Shown here: positions 47,286 through 56,457 of the stretch, piece after piece
Position numbering within the stretch: position 1 is the first letter of the stretch
Layout of the letters: every line of letters begins with the position of its first letter
The notes under the pieces: generated by a model
Told to the model about the DNA's origin: nothing
What the model saw: the letters and a program-made list of their open reading frames with translations, nothing else
Database searches by the model: none
Assembly (NCBI GenBank): GCA_038207085.1
Contig: JBBRAE010000003.1
Location: 64,001 to 128,000, forward strand
Reading direction: 5' to 3'
Length of the DNA: 64,000 nt
Source: Armatimonadota bacterium
Lineage (GTDB): Bacteria > Armatimonadota > UBA5829 > DTLH01
Made by a program: the position numbers and the translations under genes

Positions 47286-50021
47286 TCAAGAGACAGGCTG
47301 CATTTCAGCCCAGTTCTTTCCAATTTTTACATCAGAAATTAGTTTTACAGCCAGTGGATGGGCGTTTTCCATCAATTCCTTGACCATTGGGACCACTCGG
47401 GCCACTTCTTCGGGAGGCGCTTCAAAGACCAGTTCGTCATGCACCTGAAGCACCATCTCGGTTTTGAGTCCCGCGCGGTGAATCGCCTCGTCCACCCGAA
47501 TCATCGCGATCTTCATAATGTCGGCCGCCGTCCCCTGTATCGGCATATTGACTGCGGCGCGCTCCGCAAACTGCCTGAAGTTTCGGTTGCCGCTGGTTAT
47601 TTCGGGGACGTACCGGCGGCGACCGAGGATCGTCGTCACAAAACCGTTCTCACGGGCATAGGCGACCGTCTCTTCGGCGTAGCGGCGGACGCCCGGAAAC
47701 TTCCCGAAGTAGCGATCGATATACTCGTGCGCTTCTCTGGGCGATATTCCAAGCTCTTTAGCCAGACCAAAGTCACTCATGCCATATATGACGGCAAAGT
47801 TCACAGTCTTCGCCCGCCGCCTCATATCCGAAGTCACCTCCGACTCAGTTACGCCAAAAAGCGTGGTCGCGGTCGCGGTATGGATGTCCTCATCGTTTTC
47901 AAAGGCGCGCACAAGCTCCGGGTCGTCGGTGACGTGGGCGAATATCCTGAGCTCTATCTGCGAGTAGTCGGCGGATATGAGCACGTTGTCGTTTGTGGCG
48001 ATAAAAGCCTTTCGGATTTCGCGGCCGATCTCGGTCCTGATCGGGATATTTTGCAGGTTCGGCTCACTTGAGGAGAGCCTGCCCGTCGTCGTAACCGCCT
48101 GGTTGAGCGAGGTGTGGATCCTCCCCGTGCGCGGGTTTATGAGCTTGGGGAGCGCATCGGCGTAGGTCGATTTCAGCTTTGAAAGCTCCCGCCACTCCAA
48201 AATATGGGCAACGATGGGGTGAATCAGCGCAAGCGTTTCAAGGGTTTCGGCGTCGGTCGAGTAACCCGTCTTGGTCTTTTTGCCCGACGGAATCTGCCGC
48301 TCTTCAAAAAGCACGGTCTGAAGCTGCTTTGGCGAGCCGATGTTGAACTCATGGCCCGCAAGCTCGTAGATTTCGTGCTCAAGCTCACGGATTCTGTCGT
48401 TTAGATGAATCGAAAGCCCACCCAGGTATTTGGTGTCGACCGCGACGCCCCGGAGCTCAACCTCGGCAAGCACCGGCACAAGCGGCATCTCGACCTGTTC
48501 GACCAACCCGAGGAGCCCGTCACGCTCGATCTTTGCTCGGAGCACCGGAACCAGGTGCCAGGCGGCTTCGGTCTCGGCGCAGGTGGTGAAATCGATCGCA
48601 GGCTCAAGGTCTTTGTTCTTTGCCTTGGGGTTGATCTGCGGAAGCTCGACACCAAGCTGCTCGAAGGCGACGTCACCTATCGAATAGCTGCTCCGTGCTG
48701 AGTTCAGCACGTACGCGCCGACCATGGTGTCAAACTCAAGGCCGCGCATCACTATGCCCAAGAGCTTGAGCGCCGCGAAGTCTCCTTTGAGGTCGTGGCC
48801 GACTTTTTTGATCGATTCGTCCTCAAGCACGTCTTTGAATATTTGAATATCAGAAGAATACCCCTCTTCTTCGTCATAAGAAAACAGCGCGCCGGTTGCC
48901 TCGGGCTTTGTCGATGAGCCGAGGCGCACGTAGGTCGTCTCATGCGGCCCGGTCGAAAACGCTATGCCCAGAAGCTCGCTTTCGGAGGGCTTGCCAAGCG
49001 TAGTATGCACGCGCAGGGCGAAGCGCCCGGCCTCGCGAAGTTTCTTGACCAGCGCTTTAACTTCCGAATCGGTCTCGACGGTGCTGCAGGTTCCAAGCTC
49101 AACCAACGGCACGACCTCTTCTTTGACCTCATCGGCCGCCTCGGGTTCCGGCAGGCGTCTGAGAAGCGTCCGAAACTCTAACTCTTTGAAAAGCGAACGC
49201 AGGCGGTCTGAATCGATCCCCTGGTAGCGCAGCTCTTCGATCGTCTTCATAACGGGCACGTCGGTGATGATCGTCGCCAGTCGCTTGGAGAGAATAGCGT
49301 CGTCTTTGGAGTCGACGAGTTTTTTACGAAGTTTTTCATCGGCGACCTGATCGAGGTTGTCGTAGATCGCCTCGACCGTGTCGAACTGCTGGATGAGCTT
49401 GGCCGCGGTCTTGTCCCCCACCCCTTTGACACCTGGAATGTTGTCTGAGGCGTCGCCCTTTAGCGCCTTAAAGTCGGCCATCTGGGAGGGCTTGATGCCG
49501 AAGCGCGCGACTACGGCGTCTTCATCATATATAACGGTATCCGTGACGCCTTTGACGGTGGTCATCACCTTGACGCAGTCGTTTACGAGCTGGAGCGCGT
49601 CGAGGTCGCCTGTGACGATCAGGGTGTCGTAGCCTGCCTCGCAGGATTGGCGGGCGATCGTGCCGACGACGTCGTCTGCTTCAAAGCCCGGTATCTCGAT
49701 GATCTGCGCCTGAAACGCCTCCACCATCGCCCGGGCGATCGGCCCCTGGACTTTCAACTCATCAGGCGTGGGCTTGCGATGGGCCTTGTAGCCGTCGAAC
49801 TCCTCGTGGCGGAACGTCTTGACGGGCGCATCGAAGGCTACGACGATCGAGTCGGGCTTTTCTTCCTGGATCAGGCGAAGAAGCATCATAGCAAAGCCGT
49901 ACACGGCGTTGGTCGGGACGCCTTCGGTGGTCGACAGGTGCTTCATCGCGAAAAACGCCCTGTACAAAAGGCTGTTGCCGTCTATCGCAACCAGTTTGTG
50001 TCTCTGGCTAGTGTCCAACAT
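47286..50021 (-). CDS. polA: DNA polymerase I
   Basis: IDGNSLLYRAFFA, TGRLSSSEPNLQNIP, ADYSQIELR, AKTVNFAVIYG, QVHDELV. Confidence 0.98.
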   Translation of the reverse strand: MLDTSQRHKLVAIDGNSLLYRAFFAMKHLSTTEGVPTNAVYGFAMMLLRLIQEEKPDSIVVAFDAPVKTFRHEEFDGYKAHRKPTPDELKVQGPIARAMVEAFQAQIIEIPGFEADDVVGTIARQSCEAGYDTLIVTGDLDALQLVNDCVKVMTTVKGVTDTVIYDEDAVVARFGIKPSQMADFKALKGDASDNIPGVKGVGDKTAAKLIQQFDTVEAIYDNLDQVADEKLRKKLVDSKDDAILSKRLATIITDVPVMKTIEELRYQGIDSDRLRSLFKELEFRTLLRRLPEPEAADEVKEEVVPLVELGTCSTVETDSEVKALVKKLREAGRFALRVHTTLGKPSESELLGIAFSTGPHETTYVRLGSSTKPEATGALFSYDEEEGYSSDIQIFKDVLEDESIKKVGHDLKGDFAALKLLGIVMRGLEFDTMVGAYVLNSARSSYSIGDVAFEQLGVELPQINPKAKNKDLEPAIDFTTCAETEAAWHLVPVLRAKIERDGLLGLVEQVEMPLVPVLAEVELRGVAVDTKYLGGLSIHLNDRIRELEHEIYELAGHEFNIGSPKQLQTVLFEERQIPSGKKTKTGYSTDAETLETLALIHPIVAHILEWRELSKLKSTYADALPKLINPRTGRIHTSLNQAVTTTGRLSSSEPNLQNIPIRTEIGREIRKAFIATNDNVLISADYSQIELRIFAHVTDDPELVRAFENDEDIHTATATTLFGVTESEVTSDMRRRAKTVNFAVIYGMSDFGLAKELGISPREAHEYIDRYFGKFPGVRRYAEETVAYARENGFVTTILGRRRYVPEITSGNRNFRQFAERAAVNMPIQGTAADIMKIAMIRVDEAIHRAGLKTEMVLQVHDELVFEAPPEEVARVVPMVKELMENAHPLAVKLISDVKIGKNWAEMQPVS

Positions 50022-50024
50022 ATC

Positions 50025-51077
50025 TTAACGCATACTTTCTATGGAATCGCTACTTGAGGAGAACCTTTCGATCAGCCGGTCAAGCAGAAGATCGTACTCC
50101 CGTGCGCCGTAACGCTCTTCGGTCGATCCCGAGCGCAGCATGTCGAGAACCCCTCCCCGCCCATCGTATTTTTCAACTCTAGGGTCGCCGGTGATGCCAT
50201 TTTCGTGGGCCGCGGTGAGGAGTGTGTCGCGAAGCCCGCCGATCTTGTCGACCAGTTTTAGCTCAAGCGCCTGCCGTCCGGTGAAGACCCGACCATCGGC
50301 GATCTTTCGCACCTCTGACTCGGGCAGGTTGCGCCCCGTGCTCACGGCTTCGAGAAACTGCTCGTAGGTGTCGTCGATCATCCCCTGAATAAGCTTGCGC
50401 TCGTCGGGGGTAAGCGGCCTGTTCGAGCTGCCGATGTCCTTAAACTTCCCACTCTTGACAACCTGGGGGGACACACCGATCTTGCCGAAGAGCTTTGACA
50501 TATCGGTAGTCTCCATTATGACGCCGATGCTCCCGGTGATGGTCGAGCCGTTTGCAAATATCTTGTCGCAGGCGGAGGCGATGTAGTAGCCGCCGGACGC
50601 CGCAACGTCGCCCATCGAGGCATAGACTTTCTTTTCCAGCCGCACTCTTCGAATCTCTTGATAGACCTCTTGAGACCCCGCAGCGCTTCCACCGGGGCTG
50701 TTGATCCTGATCACGATCGCCCTGATGTTGTCGTCCTTGCGAGCTTTCTCAAGCTGTGCCACGATCCGCTCTGAGCCAGCGACGCTCCCGCCAAAGAGTC
50801 CGCCGCCAGAGTCGCCTCCAGTGATGACCCCTTCGACATGGATCAGCGCCACGCGGTCACCAATCGAAGAAGAGCCCAACCCGCCGCCAATAACCGCAGC
50901 TATCACAAAAATCACAAAAAGCGGCACAAGCAGCGCAAACGCCGCGCAGCCGATCCCAACCGGAATCCACCACCTTACCGGTTTCCTCGGAGGAGGCGCG
51001 GGAGGGTTGTAACTTACCTGCTCGGCGCGAGGAGCCTCAGGCTCGCCGTTCATGTTTGCGGATTCATCTATGCTCAC
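50025..51077 (-). CDS. sppA: Signal peptide peptidase SppA (S49, short form)
   Basis: RINSPGGS, AASGGYY, TGSIGV, KSGKFKD, DGRVFTG. Confidence 0.95.
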   Translation of the reverse strand: MSIDESANMNGEPEAPRAEQVSYNPPAPPPRKPVRWWIPVGIGCAAFALLVPLFVIFVIAAVIGGGLGSSSIGDRVALIHVEGVITGGDSGGGLFGGSVAGSERIVAQLEKARKDDNIRAIVIRINSPGGSAAGSQEVYQEIRRVRLEKKVYASMGDVAASGGYYIASACDKIFANGSTITGSIGVIMETTDMSKLFGKIGVSPQVVKSGKFKDIGSSNRPLTPDERKLIQGMIDDTYEQFLEAVSTGRNLPESEVRKIADGRVFTGRQALELKLVDKIGGLRDTLLTAAHENGITGDPRVEKYDGRGGVLDMLRSGSTEERYGAREYDLLLDRLIERFSSSSDSIESMR

Positions 51078-51230
51078 AAAGAATTCTCCTATATCGCCAA
51101 AAAGAGTTTAGCGATGCCCAGGGTATGGTGACAACTAGACTGCGCCCGCCAAGCAGACAGCGCATAACTAGGTGCGCAATCGCCGATTTCGCGAGTCTTC
51201 TCATTGCCGTAAATGTAGTATTTTCCGATG

Positions 51231-51260
51231 TTGACTTTGAAAATCCCATTCGAGTATACT
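51231..51260 (+). promoter_or_regulatory. Sigma70 promoter of the tRNA
   Basis: TTGACT-18-TATACT, 9 nt before the tRNA. Confidence 0.7.
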
Positions 51261-51269
51261 TACAGCACT

Positions 51270-51355
51270 GCCGGAGTGGTGGAATGGTAGACACGTCGGT
51301 CTCAAAAACCGATGAGGGAAACCTCGTGAGGGTCCGAGTCCCTCCTCCGGCACCA
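51270..51355 (+). tRNA. tRNA-Leu(CAA)
   Basis: Acceptor gccggag/ctccggc-A-CCA; anticodon arm tcggt-ctCAAaa-accga; long variable arm gagg-gaaa-cctc. Confidence 0.95.
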
Positions 51356-51526
51356 CATATACGAATGCCTTCCCAGACACTCCCCCAAACAACACATTAT
51401 ACCACCGTCATCACCTGCCAGCAAGCAAGCGAACGCCCGTTTTTAACAATGTACAACGGACGAAAGAAGGATTTCGCTTGACGCGCGACTAATTGTAGAA
51501 TTAGAATTAACTGCAGGAGGTAATGC

Positions 51527-52093
51527 ATGACACTATCACACATCAAAAAAATAGCCGTTGCGGTTGTTTTAGGCATAGGTGCGCTGTCCGGCGTCTGCTC
51601 GGCCGCTCAGTTCTCCGCTGACATAGTAGAGAAGTCAGGCGCGCCAGGATTTGCCAGCCACGTCTTCGTGCGGGACAACATCGTCCGCAGAGAGATCCGT
51701 CGGGCGGGCGACTTTGAGGCGGTTATCTACAGGCTCGACAAGGGGCTTATGTGGATCCTTCAGATCCAGGACAAGACCTACATCGAAACCGATGTGCATC
51801 CTACCGCGTGGCTCAGCGCAGACTATTTTGACACGGTCAAGGACGTTGCCGCAAAGAAGCTGCTCGGCACAGAAAAGGTGAGCGGCTACGAGTGTGAGAA
51901 GTATCTGATCTACTTCAAAGACACCAACCGCGGCAAAGTCACCCAGTGGGTCTCAAAGAAGCTGAACTTCCCGCTCAAGGTCAGAGTGTGGACGCCTCGC
52001 GCCGAATACACCATCGTGTATACCAATATCGTCGAGAAGAATCTCCCGGACAGACTCTTCGATATCCCGGCGAACTATTCAAGACTGCAGTAA
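51527..52093 (+). CDS. DUF4412-like secreted protein
   Basis: QFSADI, LGTEKVSGYECEKY, FDIPANY; SD AGGAGG; TTGACG-18-TAGAAT upstream. Confidence 0.8.
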   Translation: MTLSHIKKIAVAVVLGIGALSGVCSAAQFSADIVEKSGAPGFASHVFVRDNIVRREIRRAGDFEAVIYRLDKGLMWILQIQDKTYIETDVHPTAWLSADYFDTVKDVAAKKLLGTEKVSGYECEKYLIYFKDTNRGKVTQWVSKKLNFPLKVRVWTPRAEYTIVYTNIVEKNLPDRLFDIPANYSRLQ

Positions 52094-52174
52094 GTCTGAC
52101 TACAAAAGTAATCGACAGATACAAGACCACTGATGGGAGTCCTTCAGTGGTCTTTACCATTCAGGAACGAGATT

Positions 52175-53374
52175 ATGAAGAATATTGACGGAGCAATCAC
52201 CGCACCAAAAGGGTTCAGGACAGCGGGAGTCCGCTGTGGGATAAAGCAGCAGGGCAAGGACATAGCGCTCGTCTACTCAGACGCACCGACGGTATCAGCC
52301 GCGCTCTTTACGACCAACAAGATCAAGGCCGCGCCCGTGCAGCTCTCAATGGAGCACGCGAAGTCCGGGAAAGCCCGCGCAATCGTCGCGAACGCAGGCA
52401 ACGCCAACTGCTGCACCGGCCAGAAGGGGTTCGACGATGCCCGAGAGATGTGCGATCTTGCGGCAAAGGGCCTTGGCATTGCGCCTCAGGAGGTGCTCGT
52501 CTGCTCGACGGGGATTATCGGCCACTATCTGCCGATGGACTTGGTTCGCCTGGGAATCGCCCAGGCTGCGCAGTCGCTAAGCTCCGATGGCGGACCCGAC
52601 GCGGCGCATGCGATTATGACCACCGACACCCGGCCCAAGATGACGGCTTGCGAGGTTGAGATCGGCGGGGTTCCCGTTAGAATCGGCGGCATCGCCAAGG
52701 GCGTGGGGATGATCGAGCCGAATGTCGCGACGATGTTCTGCTTTATTACAACCGACGCAGCAATCGCGCCTGAGCTCCTGCAGGAAAGCCTGATGCTCGC
52801 CGCGGAGGTCTCGTTCAACAGCCTGACGATCGACGGCGACACGAGCACCAACGACACTGTGATAGCACTTGCAAACGGGCTCGCCGGAAACGCAGTGATC
52901 GACACCGAAGGCCCGGAGCTTGAAGATTTTCAGGAAGCGCTCGATCTTGTCTGCGAGGAACTGACCAAAGCGATCGCCCGCGACGGCGAAGGGGCAACCA
53001 AGCTGGTCGAGGTCGTCGTAAGGAACGCGCAGAGCTATCCCGATGCAAAGAAGATGGCAAAGACGATCGCCAACTCTCCCCTGGTGAAGACGGCGATCTT
53101 CGGCGAGGACCCGAACTGGGGTCGCGTGATGGCAGCAGCAGGCCGCTCGGGCGCGCCGCTTGACCCGGGGACGATCGACCTCTATTTGGGAGACGTGAAG
53201 ATCATCGCAGACGGCGCACCGGTTGACGTAGACCCCGAGGAGTCGCGCCGCCCGATGCTCAAAGATGAGCTTGTGATCACAGTCGACCTCAAAATGGGCG
53301 AGGCCGAGTCGAGAGTATTCACCTGCGACTTCTCGTATGAGTATGTGAAGATCAACGCCGAGTACCATACTTAA
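52175..53374 (+). CDS. argJ: Ornithine acetyltransferase ArgJ
   Basis: PKGF, NAGNAN, STGIIG, AIMTTD, KGVGMIEPNVATM, DGEGATK, INAEYHT. Confidence 0.96.
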   Translation: MKNIDGAITAPKGFRTAGVRCGIKQQGKDIALVYSDAPTVSAALFTTNKIKAAPVQLSMEHAKSGKARAIVANAGNANCCTGQKGFDDAREMCDLAAKGLGIAPQEVLVCSTGIIGHYLPMDLVRLGIAQAAQSLSSDGGPDAAHAIMTTDTRPKMTACEVEIGGVPVRIGGIAKGVGMIEPNVATMFCFITTDAAIAPELLQESLMLAAEVSFNSLTIDGDTSTNDTVIALANGLAGNAVIDTEGPELEDFQEALDLVCEELTKAIARDGEGATKLVEVVVRNAQSYPDAKKMAKTIANSPLVKTAIFGEDPNWGRVMAAAGRSGAPLDPGTIDLYLGDVKIIADGAPVDVDPEESRRPMLKDELVITVDLKMGEAESRVFTCDFSYEYVKINAEYHT

Positions 53375-53386
53375 TGGACATAAATC

Positions 53387-53462
53387 ATAGGGGCAGACCA
53401 GCGTGTCTGCCCAAGACTTGCGGGGTATCGACAAAATGGCGGACACATTGGTCCGCCCCTGC
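53387..53462. repeat. REP doublet (REPIN-like), degenerate GTAG type
   Basis: atag-gggcagac-cagcgt-gtctgccc and inverted gcag-gggcggac-caatgt-gtccgcc. Confidence 0.75.
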
Positions 53463-53486
53463 GTGGGATTCGAAATTGGTAGAGTT

Positions 53487-54437
53487 ATGAGTAAACCTAA
53501 GGTATTTATTGATGGCGAGGTCGGGACTACCGGCCTTCAGATACGGGCACGACTTGAGAGTCGGAGCGACATTGAGCTTGTCAGCATCGACCACGAGAAG
53601 CGCAAGGACGAGGTGGCTAAGAAAGAGATTTTGAACTCCGTCGACCTTGCGATTCTTTGTCTGCCCGACGATGCGGCGCGGGCGTCGGTTGCGATGATCG
53701 AGAGCCCCGACGTGCGCGTGCTCGACGCTAGCACGGCCCACAGGGTCGCGTGCGACTGGGTCTACGGGTTCCCCGAGCTTGTCCCGGGGCAGGCCGACCG
53801 GATCCGTGAGTCGAAGCGCGTCTGCGTGCCGGGGTGCTACCCGACGGGCATGCTCGCGCTCGTCACGCCGCTTGTCGATGCCGAGCTTCTGCCCAGTGAA
53901 TATCCCCTTACGGTGCATGCGGTCTCGGGGTACTCGGGCGGCGGACGGAAGATGATCGAGGCGTTTGAAGGCGTCGGCCCCGAGCCGATCAACGACCCAT
54001 ACCGTCTCTACGCGCTCGAACTCGCGCACAAGCACGTGCCTGAGATGCACAAGTATTCGGGCCTTGCGCACAAGCCGATCTTCTCACCGGCGGTCGGTGC
54101 GTTTCGGCAGGGGATGCTTGTGCAGGCGCCGATTCATCTCAGAATGCTTGACAGGGCCGTCACGGTGAAGAAGTTGCACAAGGCCATTGAAGAACGCTTC
54201 GCTGGCGAGCGTTTCGTGAGGGTGGCGGCGATCGAAGATCGTCCCAAGATTCTGGCTCCCGAGGCGTTGAACGGCACCAACATGCTGGAGCTCTTTGTCT
54301 TCTCAAACGCAGAGGCCGACCAGGCGCTTCTGGTGGCTCGGCTCGACAACCTGGGCAAAGGGGCTTCAGGCGCTGCCGTCCAGAATATGGACCTGATGCT
54401 CGGGCTTGAGGGGACGGGGACTTACGATTTGGCTTAG
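53487..54437 (+). CDS. argC: N-acetyl-gamma-glutamyl-phosphate reductase, type 2
   Basis: [48 protein letters not shown]. Confidence 0.95.
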   Translation: MSKPKVFIDGEVGTTGLQIRARLESRSDIELVSIDHEKRKDEVAKKEILNSVDLAILCLPDDAARASVAMIESPDVRVLDASTAHRVACDWVYGFPELVPGQADRIRESKRVCVPGCYPTGMLALVTPLVDAELLPSEYPLTVHAVSGYSGGGRKMIEAFEGVGPEPINDPYRLYALELAHKHVPEMHKYSGLAHKPIFSPAVGAFRQGMLVQAPIHLRMLDRAVTVKKLHKAIEERFAGERFVRVAAIEDRPKILAPEALNGTNMLELFVFSNAEADQALLVARLDNLGKGASGAAVQNMDLMLGLEGTGTYDLA

Positions 54438-54439
54438 AG

Positions 54440-54937
54440 CTAGAACTTGATCGCTCTACCGAGGAGCAGCCCGTTTTCACTGTTCATCGACCACTTCCCG
54501 CAGGTGTAGCCGAGTGCTGCGCCTGCGGCCACATCATGCCAATGGTGCTTGTCCAGATCGACCCGCGACCACCCCACCAGACCCGCGAGGCCGTAGTAAA
54601 TCCACTTGTGCTTGTGATCTTTCTCAGCAAGGGCCGATGCCGTCGCGAAGGCCATTGAAGTGTGCCCACTTGGAAAGCTCTTCGTGTCGCTGCCGTCGGG
54701 ACGGTCCTCGTGGATCAGTTCTTTCAAGAGACAGGTCACCGCGACGGTGGTCAGCTGCGCATCAAATATGCGCGCGGACTCGGCTTTGCCGATGTGGGAG
54801 CCGCCGAGCGCGGGGAGCACCATCGCAAGGGCGAGGGTCGCGCGGGTGTTGTCGCTCACACCTTCAGCAAACGATGAACCGGCGTAGCTCACCCCGGAAA
54901 TTGCCAGGATGAGCACCAGCAGAATTGTATTTCTCAT
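54440..54937 (-). CDS. PAP2 family phosphatase
   Basis: K..IHEDRP, SFPSGH, SRVDLDKHHWHDV. Confidence 0.9.
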   Translation of the reverse strand: MRNTILLVLILAISGVSYAGSSFAEGVSDNTRATLALAMVLPALGGSHIGKAESARIFDAQLTTVAVTCLLKELIHEDRPDGSDTKSFPSGHTSMAFATASALAEKDHKHKWIYYGLAGLVGWSRVDLDKHHWHDVAAGAALGYTCGKWSMNSENGLLLGRAIKF

Positions 54938-54960
54938 AGGTATCAAAACACCTTTGGCTA

Positions 54961-56349
54961 TTACTTTGTGGCGATTTCCGAGTTCTTCGCCGACACGCTC
55001 CACAGCGCCGCGAGCAGGCTCTCACCTACCACCCGGATGTCCCCTGCCCCAAGCGTGATCACCATATCGCCGGGCCGAACCTCTGAAAGAAGCGCATCGG
55101 CGATCTCGGACTTGTCGGGCATATAGCGAACGACCGGACCCGTCACCATATCGGCGATCATCTTACCTGATATGCCTTCGATCGGCTTCTCGCGCGCGGC
55201 GTAGACGTCGGTCACGACGACGATATCGGCAAGCGCGAGGCTTTCAGCAAACTCAGTAGCGAAGAACTTGGTGCGAGAGTAGAGATGCGGCTGGAAAACG
55301 GCGATCAGACGGCGCTTCCAACCAGATCGGGCCGCGGAAAGCGTCGCAAATATCTCGCGGGGGTGGTGTGCGTAGTCGTCGACGATCATGATATCGTTCG
55401 GCGTCCCGAGAATCTCGAAGCGTCGGCCGGTGCCGGTGAACTTGGCGAGCGCTGAGCGGATGTGTTCAAAGCTCGCGCCGTATTCGAAGCCTATAGCGGC
55501 TGCGGCGAGCGAGTTTGCAATGTTTTGGACGCCAGGAACGCCCAAAGTGATCCGTCCCAGACTCTCACCGTTTCGGACGAGGTCGTAGCTTGCCTGAGGA
55601 GAGTCTACATCGATGTTGGTCGCGCGCAGATCGGCTTCGCCTTCGGTCGAGTAGCTGACGGTGCGCTGGCTGACGCCTTTCAGGACGCCTCGCACGTTCT
55701 CGTCGTCGATGCAGGCTATTACAACGCCGTCGGGGTCTATATGGGAGAGAAACCCTTCAAAGCTCTCGATGATCTTCTCTAGTGTGCCGTGGAAATCCAG
55801 GTGATCTGCATCGATGTTGGTGATCGCCGCGACGCTTGGGCGCAGGTTCAGGAACGAATCAAACGCCTCACAGGCTTCAGTAACAAATAGGGACGTGCTT
55901 CCGACGTGGGCGTTTCCGCCGATCGCCGCGAGGTCGCCTCCGATCAGCACTGTCGGGTCAAGACCCGCTTCAGAGAGCACCAGGCTCACCATAGAGGTCG
56001 TAGTGGTCTTGCCGTGCGTGCCAGTGATCGCGACGCGGTTCTTGTAATCGTCCATCAGCCGCCCGAGCATCTGCGCGCGGTCGATCGTGGGGATTCCCCG
56101 GCTCTCCGCAGAGGCGCGTTCGGGATTGTCCCTGGGGATCGCCGCAGAGTAGACGACAAGCGTCGCGCCGTCGAGATTTGCCGAGTCGTGACCGATCGCG
56201 ACCCTGATCCCCTGCGACTCAAGCCGCTCCGTGGTGGTGGTCTTCTTCTGGTCGGAGCCCGAGACCGCAGCGCCACGCACATGCATCACGTGCGCAATTG
56301 CGCTCATCCCCGCTCCGCCTATTCCTATAAAATGGAACCTTTCACACAT
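54961..56349 (-). CDS. murC: UDP-MurNAc--L-alanine ligase
   Basis: HFIGIGGAGMS, GTHGKTTT, DDYAHHP, FQPH.YSRT. Confidence 0.97.
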   Translation of the reverse strand: MCERFHFIGIGGAGMSAIAHVMHVRGAAVSGSDQKKTTTTERLESQGIRVAIGHDSANLDGATLVVYSAAIPRDNPERASAESRGIPTIDRAQMLGRLMDDYKNRVAITGTHGKTTTTSMVSLVLSEAGLDPTVLIGGDLAAIGGNAHVGSTSLFVTEACEAFDSFLNLRPSVAAITNIDADHLDFHGTLEKIIESFEGFLSHIDPDGVVIACIDDENVRGVLKGVSQRTVSYSTEGEADLRATNIDVDSPQASYDLVRNGESLGRITLGVPGVQNIANSLAAAAIGFEYGASFEHIRSALAKFTGTGRRFEILGTPNDIMIVDDYAHHPREIFATLSAARSGWKRRLIAVFQPHLYSRTKFFATEFAESLALADIVVVTDVYAAREKPIEGISGKMIADMVTGPVVRYMPDKSEIADALLSEVRPGDMVITLGAGDIRVVGESLLAALWSVSAKNSEIATK

Positions 56350-56364
56350 AAAGCTATTCGCTAT

Positions 56365-56457
56365 TAGCCGTTAGCTCGCTTTATTCGTAAAGCGAATAAA
56401 GCTCTCGCTAGCAAAGCATTATTCACGCTCCTCGTGAATAATGCAGGTTAGCAGCTA
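56365..56457 (-). repeat. Family B double-hairpin element, copy 3 (inverted)
   Basis: Reverse complement aligns end to end with 22554-22641. Confidence 0.85.

Noticed and set aside
51340..51530. Integrative element at the tRNA 3' end
   Set aside because: No integrase, and no duplicated tRNA 3' end seen in the window.
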